Shown piece after piece: positions 6,516 through 12,399 of a stretch of 12,399 bases of DNA. This DNA comes from Candidatus Fraserbacteria bacterium (lineage in GTDB: Bacteria; Bipolaricaulota; Bipolaricaulia; RBG-16-55-9). Position numbers and translations under genes: made by a program. Under the pieces are notes generated by a model, which searched no databases, was not told the origin of the DNA, and worked only from the letters and a program-made list of their open reading frames with translations. Location: positions 29,003-41,401 of the forward strand of contig JBBIOR010000015.1 of assembly GCA_037443265.1 (NCBI GenBank). Reading direction: 5' to 3'. The number at the start of each line of letters is the position of its first letter. Position 1 is the first letter of the stretch.

Positions 6516-7369
6516 TACATCGATTGCATATCGATGAGGCCCTTCTCCTTGGCGCGGTGCTCCGCCCAACGGTAGAAGATCACGGAGACAAGAGCCAGCA
6601 CAAGCGTTGAGCCAGCGAGGATGAGGAGGAGGATCTCATTGGAGAGCGGAGCCAGCAACAGGCTGCTCCCCTGGCCCAAGAGCGCCCGGCGCAGGGCCTC
6701 CAGCCAGTAGGTGAGCGGCAGGGCCTGGCCCAATTTCTGAAGCGCCTGCGGCAGCACGTCGATGGGGAAGACGGCTCCGCATAGCATATAGAGCGCCCCG
6801 GCGACGGCCTCCCCTATGAAATAATTGTGGCGCGCCGTAAGCAAAGACAAGCCCCCCAGCAGAATCCCCAAAAACGCCAGCCCGGCCAACCCCAGCAGAA
6901 GACTCGCGGCCAGCAGACCCCAATCGACGCGCGCCGGATCCATCTTCACCCCAAGCGCAATCATCCCGAAAAGCAGCGTGATCAGCACCGCCACCGTGGC
7001 CGTGAGCGCCTTGGCCACTCCGCGCCCCAACACATAGAAATAAATATTCAGCGGGGCGGTGTAAATATATTTGAGCATGCCGTAATGCTCACGATCGTCC
7101 ATGATGGCCCAGCTGACACCCATGAGCACGGCACTGACATAGATATAAAAAGCGTTCCCCACGAAGATCTGCGGGAAGAGCGGGTTGCTTAAGCCCCCTT
7201 GGGCTACGACCATGTACATGAACACCAGAATCAATGCGCCCGCCATGGGCTTGGCGATGGAATAGATCGCAAACAACAACGGATCAGTCCAGTTGGATTC
7301 AATCTGCCAGCCGAGCCAGGTGGCCATCTTCAGGCTGCGCGCGCCTTCGTACCAGTCCCATCGGGTCAT
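6512..7369 (-). CDS. ABC-2 type exporter permease, about 285 aa
   Basis: Six TM-like segments, DREHYGMLKYIYTAP, LCGAVFPIDVLP and LPLTYWLEALR motifs. ATG 7369 lies 5 nt after the upstream permease stop. Confidence 0.92.
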   Translation of the reverse strand: MTRWDWYEGARSLKMATWLGWQIESNWTDPLLFAIYSIAKPMAGALILVFMYMVVAQGGLSNPLFPQIFVGNAFYIYVSAVLMGVSWAIMDDREHYGMLKYIYTAPLNIYFYVLGRGVAKALTATVAVLITLLFGMIALGVKMDPARVDWGLLAASLLLGLAGLAFLGILLGGLSLLTARHNYFIGEAVAGALYMLCGAVFPIDVLPQALQKLGQALPLTYWLEALRRALLGQGSSLLLAPLSNEILLLILAGSTLVLALVSVIFYRWAEHRAKEKGLIDMQSMY

Positions 7370-7374
7370 GGCTC

Positions 7375-8199
7375 TCACTGCCCCCGGACAGTCAAGCGCC
7401 CTTCGCGTCGGGCGAGATCTTCCATGTGGCGCAGCGCCCCATGGGCTAGCCACACGAAGAGCACGCTGAGAAACGCCAAGATCCCCAGTTCATACTCGAC
7501 GGCGAGGAACCCCAATGGCAGCAGACCGGGAAAGAGCAATTGTCGCAAAGCGTCCAAGCCTAGCGTGATCGGAATGATTGAGGCAGAGAGCGCCACCCAG
7601 AAGCCCAAGCTCTTTACGGGAAAGTAGAAGCCCGAGAGCAAGAAGATGGGCTCCTGCAGGAGGTTGGAGAGATGCCACGCCTCGCGCCCGAAGAGCAGAA
7701 AGAGCGAGCTAAAAAGCATTCCCATTCCATAGAGCGCGATCAAAGTCAAAAGAAAGACGCCCAGAAGCTCCGGAACGCGCGCCACCGCGAACGTCACTTG
7801 AAAGATCAAAGAGCCCGCCAGGATCACGGCCGCGGCCCTAAAGGTCGTGGCCACGATTCCCCCAAGGGCCATCCCCAAAAGAATGGCCATTCGAGACGTG
7901 GGAGCCATGATATAGAGCGCGAGATTGCCCGTCTCTTTCTCCCAGTAGAGCTGGCTGGCCATGCTCCAGAGCACGTTGAGCCAATAGGCCGTCATGGCGC
8001 CGCCGAGCACCACAAAGCCCGTAAACTCCGGCGGAGCCTCAATGGCCTGATACACAAAGACGAACGCAGAGACTTGCAATAAGGGCAGTAGGATGTCGAA
8101 GAAGAGCCAGCTCTTCTCCCGCTGGAGTCCGATGAGCCGCGGGTAGGCCCGCCCCAGAACCGTCCTCAGGAAGACCTCCACTTCTCTTCTGATCTTCAT
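7375..8199 (-). CDS. ABC-2 type exporter permease, 274 aa
   Basis: EKETGNLALYIMAP, LSGFYFPV and IPITLGLDALR motifs, multiple TM helices. ATGA overlap with the ATPase. Confidence 0.92.
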   Translation of the reverse strand: MKIRREVEVFLRTVLGRAYPRLIGLQREKSWLFFDILLPLLQVSAFVFVYQAIEAPPEFTGFVVLGGAMTAYWLNVLWSMASQLYWEKETGNLALYIMAPTSRMAILLGMALGGIVATTFRAAAVILAGSLIFQVTFAVARVPELLGVFLLTLIALYGMGMLFSSLFLLFGREAWHLSNLLQEPIFLLSGFYFPVKSLGFWVALSASIIPITLGLDALRQLLFPGLLPLGFLAVEYELGILAFLSVLFVWLAHGALRHMEDLARREGRLTVRGQ

Positions 8200-9203
8200 G
8201 GAGCCTCCTCGCTGAGCCCGTGCCCCACGAGACTGACGAAGACGTCCTCCAGAGTGGGCTCACGCTTCTCGAGCGAGATGAGGTGCCCAGCGGAGCGCTG
8301 GATCGCCCCCAAGATGTCCATGAGCGAGTGCTCGTCTTCCAAGATGAAGTGAAGCTCCGTGTGCCCGTTGCGCTCGACATGGGCAAATTGACTTATGCCC
8401 TCAAGATCTGCAAACAGAGAATCTGGGTCTTCCAAGGCCGAGACCTGCAGCCGGAAGATCGAGGCCCGCTGCAGACGCTTCTTGAGATTGGCCGGTGTGT
8501 CACAGGCCAAGATCTTTCCCTGGTCGATGATCGCCACCCGATCGCACAGCTCATCGGCCTCTTGCATGTAGTGAGTGGTAAGTAAGATCGTCTTGTCGGA
8601 ACGCTCCTGCACCCATTGTTTAATGAAGGCGCGGAGCACGCGGGCCGTCTGCACATCGAGCCCCAGGGTGGGTTCATCCAAAAAAAGAATCTCCGGATCT
8701 GTTAAGAAGCCACGGGCGAAGTTCATCTTCTGCCTCATGCCCGTGGATAGATGATAAATCTTCGTCTTCGCCCGATCGGCCAAGCCCACGACCTCCAGAA
8801 GCGCGCGGATCCTCTGCCGGGCCGTCTTGCTGTCCATGCCGTAGAACTGCGCGAACATCCATAGATTCTCTTCCACCGTCAGGAGCCCATAGCCTGAGGA
8901 TTCGCCTCCGGAGACCATATTGATGTGACGTCGCACTTCCCAAGGATTTTCCGTGACGTCTATGCCGGCCACCCAGGCCCGGCCGCTGGTGGGGGCCAGC
9001 AGCGTCGTGAGAATTTTTATCAAGGTGGTCTTGCCCGCTCCGTTGGGGCCGAGCAGTCCAAAGAGCTCGCCCCGCTTAATCTCGAGATTGACGCCGTCCA
9101 GGGCGACGATCTCTCTTTGAGCGCCCTCTCGTCGCTTGGCCTTATATATCCGCCTCAGCTGCTCTGTGCGCACAGCAATCTCTGGCTGCTGATCCACGGT
9201 CAT
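8196..9203 (-). CDS. ABC-2 exporter ATP-binding protein (DrrA-like), 335 aa
   Basis: Walker A GPNGAGKTT, signature LSTGMRQK, Walker B LFLDEPT, LTTHYMQEA, C-terminal EPTLEDVF. Confidence 0.95.
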   Translation of the reverse strand: MTVDQQPEIAVRTEQLRRIYKAKRREGAQREIVALDGVNLEIKRGELFGLLGPNGAGKTTLIKILTTLLAPTSGRAWVAGIDVTENPWEVRRHINMVSGGESSGYGLLTVEENLWMFAQFYGMDSKTARQRIRALLEVVGLADRAKTKIYHLSTGMRQKMNFARGFLTDPEILFLDEPTLGLDVQTARVLRAFIKQWVQERSDKTILLTTHYMQEADELCDRVAIIDQGKILACDTPANLKKRLQRASIFRLQVSALEDPDSLFADLEGISQFAHVERNGHTELHFILEDEHSLMDILGAIQRSAGHLISLEKREPTLEDVFVSLVGHGLSEEAP

Positions 9204-9244
9204 GATGTGATGAAAGGTGAAAAGTCCCCCATGAAAGTATGCTC

Positions 9245-9272
9245 ATTATAGCGGGGCCACTCTGCTTCGCAA
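9245..9272 (-). promoter_or_regulatory. sigma70 promoter for the ABC-2 exporter operon
   Basis: Minus strand TTGCGA (9272-9267), 16-nt spacer, TATAAT (9250-9245). Confidence 0.65.
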
Positions 9273-9288
9273 GGGGAGAGAGGAGAGA

Positions 9289-9742
9289 TCAGAAGGCCAG
9301 TGAGAAACCGGCGCTATACTCCGGCTGGAGGAAGCGAGCCGTGAGGGGCACATTCAATTTCCACTTCGTTGAAGAACTCCAACGAGCAGGAGAGCGAAAA
9401 ACTCGATCGTAAGCCCGCTCCCAGTTGGGGCACAAACTCATCGATCACATCCAAGAGCAAGAGCGTTTGGACGTAGAACGCGAAGCTAGGTGAAACATGC
9501 CAGATCCCGCCCACGATCACATCCCAGCTGCCAGAGAGGAAGAACTGGGCTCCGGCGAACATACCCAGTGAGCGCGAGAAGGAGAGTTCTGCGCTCAGTC
9601 CCAGACCGGGGATGAAGACATCGGGTTCACCTATGAAGATGCCGCTTAGGGAGAGGCCGGGCGCACCCCAAGCCATCGGGACAAGGAGTGCTAGGGAGAG
9701 TAGGACGATGAGAGCGGAGCCCAGTAACTTCTCAGGCTTCAT
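9289..9742 (-). pseudogene. Small outer-membrane beta-barrel protein with a 1-nt frameshift near 9361 (pseudogene or sequencing error), 150 aa when repaired
   Basis: Signal peptide plus alternating amphipathic strands (GLGLSAELSF, GMFAGAQF, QLGAGLRSSF). Removing one base at GTG-G-AAA gives EVKLNVPLTARFLQPEYSAGFSLAF*, ending in a terminal-Phe beta-signal. Confidence 0.7.
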
Positions 9743-10759
9743 TCAGGGATTCTTGATGAAGTCGGGAGGCCAGGGATATTCGTTCAACGCAGGGCAGAGA
9801 TCCGCCGTATTGAACGAAAACCGATTATCTGAGCCAGCGATGGTACCATTAAACCTGAGTTCAGGCTCAGGGTTTGGCACGCAAGGGGGAGTCTCAAGCC
9901 ATATGCCAATGGAATTATTACTGAACACATTCGCGCGAAATTCTGCAGTACCCTTGCCACCTAGCGCTACCGCCACACGATGATCGTCGAATCGATTCTC
10001 GACAAAAGAGTATTGCCCTCCCAATGCGAGTATGCTTATGCTAGATTGTCTTGCTGCCCCTGATGAAATCAGATTGTTTTGAAAGCGAGCTTCAACATTC
10101 GTGAGCACTGCCATCGCTACAGAGGAGCCGCCCAGGTTTCCATCCGAAAACATCTCGTTACTTTCTATAATCAGTAGACCACCATTCTCAGCCCCGATAA
10201 TTGCCGAGCTTTGTATTCGATTCCCTTGCAAAGTGACTTGAGCTTTACCCAGCAAATTGATCACTCCTCCTGCCGTTGCCAGTGTGCTATTGCGCAAGAG
10301 CACTATCAGCTCTTCAGGATTCGCATCCAAAGAACCTTGGACATTCAGGCCAACCCCGACTCCTCCTTTCGCTATGGGGTCTACAGCTAGCATGCTATTT
10401 TGGATTCGGAGATCTTCGAAGAGGACGCTAATCGGGTGATTGGACGTCTTTATTGTAAACAAAGCTCCCGGTTGAACTGCAATAATAGAAGTGTTAATGA
10501 CCTTTGAATCTGCTGCATCCCGAGTTCCGCGAACGGTTAAGCTCTTCTCGATCACGATGGACAGTTCGTAGTAGGTTCCTGAGCCGACTTGAATAACTGC
10601 GCCCTCTGGTGCGGTTTCAATAGCCTGTCCGAGCAAGTTTAGACACCCAAAGCTCTGAGGGCAATTGACCTGAATGACGGTTCCGCTCTGCTGGCTTGCT
10701 CCTAATAATGTCAGCACCGCTAGAAATCCGATGATCAATAATAATCTTTGGAGTTGCAT
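9743..10759 (-). CDS. Secreted right-handed parallel beta-helix (pectin-lyase/NosD-like fold) protein, 338 aa
   Basis: GGAGGT RBS, signal peptide, N-cap motif QAIETAPEGAVIQVGSGTYYE...IEKSLTVRG, repeated turns (LQGNRI, IESNEM, FQNNLI, FVENRF, FRANVFSNN), C-terminal DLCP...YPWPPDF. Confidence 0.85.
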   Translation of the reverse strand: MQLQRLLLIIGFLAVLTLLGASQQSGTVIQVNCPQSFGCLNLLGQAIETAPEGAVIQVGSGTYYELSIVIEKSLTVRGTRDAADSKVINTSIIAVQPGALFTIKTSNHPISVLFEDLRIQNSMLAVDPIAKGGVGVGLNVQGSLDANPEELIVLLRNSTLATAGGVINLLGKAQVTLQGNRIQSSAIIGAENGGLLIIESNEMFSDGNLGGSSVAMAVLTNVEARFQNNLISSGAARQSSISILALGGQYSFVENRFDDHRVAVALGGKGTAEFRANVFSNNSIGIWLETPPCVPNPEPELRFNGTIAGSDNRFSFNTADLCPALNEYPWPPDFIKNP

Positions 10760-10791
10760 GACCTACCTCCGTAACGTATCCATTCCTTGTT

Positions 10792-11034
10792 TCATTGTAC
10801 AAGACATGTAAGACCCTTACACACATCTATCGGGCCAATCCCCACCTCATACCGGGATGAGCCCGCAGTCTGCGATTGTTCGAGGACTTCCTGGGCATCA
10901 CAGGTAGTGCGCTGGTTTTGCTGCAAGCACGCGGCGCGACGTGCAGATCCATCGCGTCGAGCTTCCTCACACGCCGCCTGAGTCCCAATGCACTGATACT
11001 TGATCTGCCCGTTCTTGACAATGATCACCGCCTG
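10792..11034 (-). CDS. Cys-paired reading frame, probably the frameshifted C-terminus of the large upstream protein (or a separate 78-aa ORF from GTG 11028)
   Basis: Open from 11034 to TGA 10794-10792 with three Cys pairs. Ends 32 nt before the next start. No convincing RBS of its own. Confidence 0.55.
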   Translation of the reverse strand, partial: QAVIIVKNGQIKYQCIGTQAACEEARRDGSARRAACLQQNQRTTCDAQEVLEQSQTAGSSRYEVGIGPIDVCKGLTCLVQ

Positions 11035-12399
11035 CTACGACCGCAACCTTTCGTGGCGGAGCATTCGGTGCCGCGAGCACGGACGGGTAGTACACCAATA
11101 TAGCTCCCCACCAAGTGCCATAGGGATAAGTGTTTTTCTTAAGCCCGAGGAAAAACCAACGGCTACCGTCGGGGCCGGGAGACTGAGTCATGGCGTTCCC
11201 GGCGATGAGGATCGTGCTATATCCTCGTTCTGCCCGATAGCGTTGCTCGGCGACAGTTTGATTCGCGTCTGTCATCCAAAACATTAGGCCCCAGAGTGAC
11301 TTCCACCTATCGTCGAATTGCTTAAAGCAATCTTGTTGAAGTATTCGATCTGTCGGGGGGCACGAGAGACTTTCCCAAGTTTTACTGATTAAGTCGCGAA
11401 TGGATTGCGACAATGTGACTGCTTCTTGACCTCCGAATGTGCTAAACATCAAGATCGCAATGCTCTTCCATGTGCCTATGAAAGCGTCTATGCAGCTATA
11501 TGGGGAGCTGCATGGTATAACCCCTAGCCACGTCTCAACGACATCCAGAAGGGTTTGCAAACCAGTTGCTATCTCACAGGCCTTTGCAGCGCCTTTTGAT
11601 ATCAACGAAGCCACTTGGCAAGCATCCCAGATAACCTGCGCAGCTGCATACACCTCTCGCAGCAACTTAACCACAGCGTCCTGTGCGTCGGTGATATCGT
11701 TAAACTCCTGCTGCGATAAGACCTTAGGCCAACGGGATGCTATCTCACGTATGAGTTGCCTTACCTCATTCCGATCCTGGAAATCCGAGAGCTTAAGGAG
11801 GGCTTGCTCCAGCTTATCCAGCCCTTCAGCAAGTAAGCGGTTGTACTCTTCTTCGAAGCGCCCTTGGCTGATAGCCTCTTGTAAGGTGAGCATCCACCTA
11901 TCCAACTTTGCGCTACCATCCCCCAGCGTTTGTAGAAACTGTGCCAAGGCTGGGTCTGGTTCCTCATGAGGTGCATTTAGAGCTTTGCTTGCTACCGACC
12001 ACATCTCTTGCAGTGTGTTCTCATCGACTTCTGATAGACCAGCTAAGAGTAGATCAAAATCTCGGTTCTTGTCCCAAGCTCCGATAACGCTATACACCCC
12101 GTCTCCGGCACTAGCAGCCTTTGCTACGTTGTATGCCTTAAGCATGTTCTGCGTGACCTTGCCATTCACCAACTGCTTTCCATACCACTGCTGCCAGGAG
12201 TCTTGGCAGAGTGCTCTCTGCAGCGTCATTATTTTGCCATAGTACTGATACGGACAGTATGTGAATGCAGGCTTGATGGCAGTCCCTAGCTGCACCGGAG
12301 GCACTGGCGGTGGCGGCGGACTCGGTGGAGCCGGCTTGGGGGCTGGCAGCTTCGGCGGGGTTGGAACAGGCTTGGGCTTCGGCACAATCACCGGCAACT
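10967..12399 (-). CDS. Large hypothetical protein (5'-partial): Pro-rich linker followed by a helical, Cys-paired domain
   Basis: Frame is open to the window edge (at least 476 codons). Pro/Lys linker, four local Cys pairs, predicted helical content. No recognisable family motif. Confidence 0.8.
   Translation of the reverse strand, partial: LPVIVPKPKPVPTPPKLPAPKPAPPSPPPPPVPPVQLGTAIKPAFTYCPYQYYGKIMTLQRALCQDSWQQWYGKQLVNGKVTQNMLKAYNVAKAASAGDGVYSVIGAWDKNRDFDLLLAGLSEVDENTLQEMWSVASKALNAPHEEPDPALAQFLQTLGDGSAKLDRWMLTLQEAISQGRFEEEYNRLLAEGLDKLEQALLKLSDFQDRNEVRQLIREIASRWPKVLSQQEFNDITDAQDAVVKLLREVYAAAQVIWDACQVASLISKGAAKACEIATGLQTLLDVVETWLGVIPCSSPYSCIDAFIGTWKSIAILMFSTFGGQEAVTLSQSIRDLISKTWESLSCPPTDRILQQDCFKQFDDRWKSLWGLMFWMTDANQTVAEQRYRAERGYSTILIAGNAMTQSPGPDGSRWFFLGLKKNTYPYGTWWGAILVYYPSVLAAPNAPPRKVAVVAGGDHCQERADQVSVHWDSGGV
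12293..12397 (-). repeat. Low-complexity Pro/Lys-rich linker coding segment
   Basis: PVIVPKPKPVPTPPKLPAPKPAPPSPPPPPVPPV. GC rises sharply here relative to the adjacent domain. Confidence 0.8.

Noticed and set aside
7370..7453. Longer start for the second ABC-2 permease
   Set aside because: It overlaps the upstream permease by about 80 nt. ATG 7369 directly follows the upstream stop.
458..12242. Numerous antisense and alternate-frame ORFs (e.g. 2544..3059, 4884..5462, 5492..5995, 7199..7627, 11439..11969)
   Set aside because: They are shadows of well-supported genes in GC-rich DNA, with no RBS or family motifs.
12395..12397. TTG as the start of the large protein
   Set aside because: The frame is open to the window edge and begins inside a Pro-rich linker, so the true start is upstream.
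9750..12399. Mobile element or prophage as the explanation for the low-GC segment
   Set aside because: No integrase, transposase, att-like repeats, tRNA target or phage genes are visible in the window.
1..12399. CRISPR array, tRNA or rRNA
   Set aside because: No regularly spaced repeats, cloverleaf or rRNA-like sequence was found in the short intergenic regions.

Overview
Bacterial window with a GC-rich core (about 60% by eye, roughly 1-9750) and a lower-GC accessory segment (about 45-50% by eye, roughly 9780-12290). Core, left to right: small winged-helix-like protein, mutY with a MutT-like Nudix C-terminus, a convergent secreted tail-anchored protein preceded by an unannotated 27-aa membrane peptide, back-to-back sigma70 promoters, a NitT/TauT (SsuABC-like) ABC importer coupled to NAD kinase, a cold-shock protein with a long structured leader followed by a divergent IF-1, and an ABC-2 (DrrAB-like) exporter on the minus strand. 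The right end is a minus-strand cassette: a large Pro-linker, Cys-paired protein (5' end outside the window, probable +1 frameshift), a secreted right-handed beta-helix protein, and a small outer-membrane beta-barrel whose C-terminal beta-signal lies behind a 1-nt frameshift. The Tat-exported binding protein appears to start at a non-canonical ATC. No rRNA, tRNA, CRISPR array, transposase or integrase was seen. The protein style recalls Ca. Bipolaricaulota/Acetothermia, but this is an unverified impression. Several single-base anomalies could be assembly errors and should be checked against reads.
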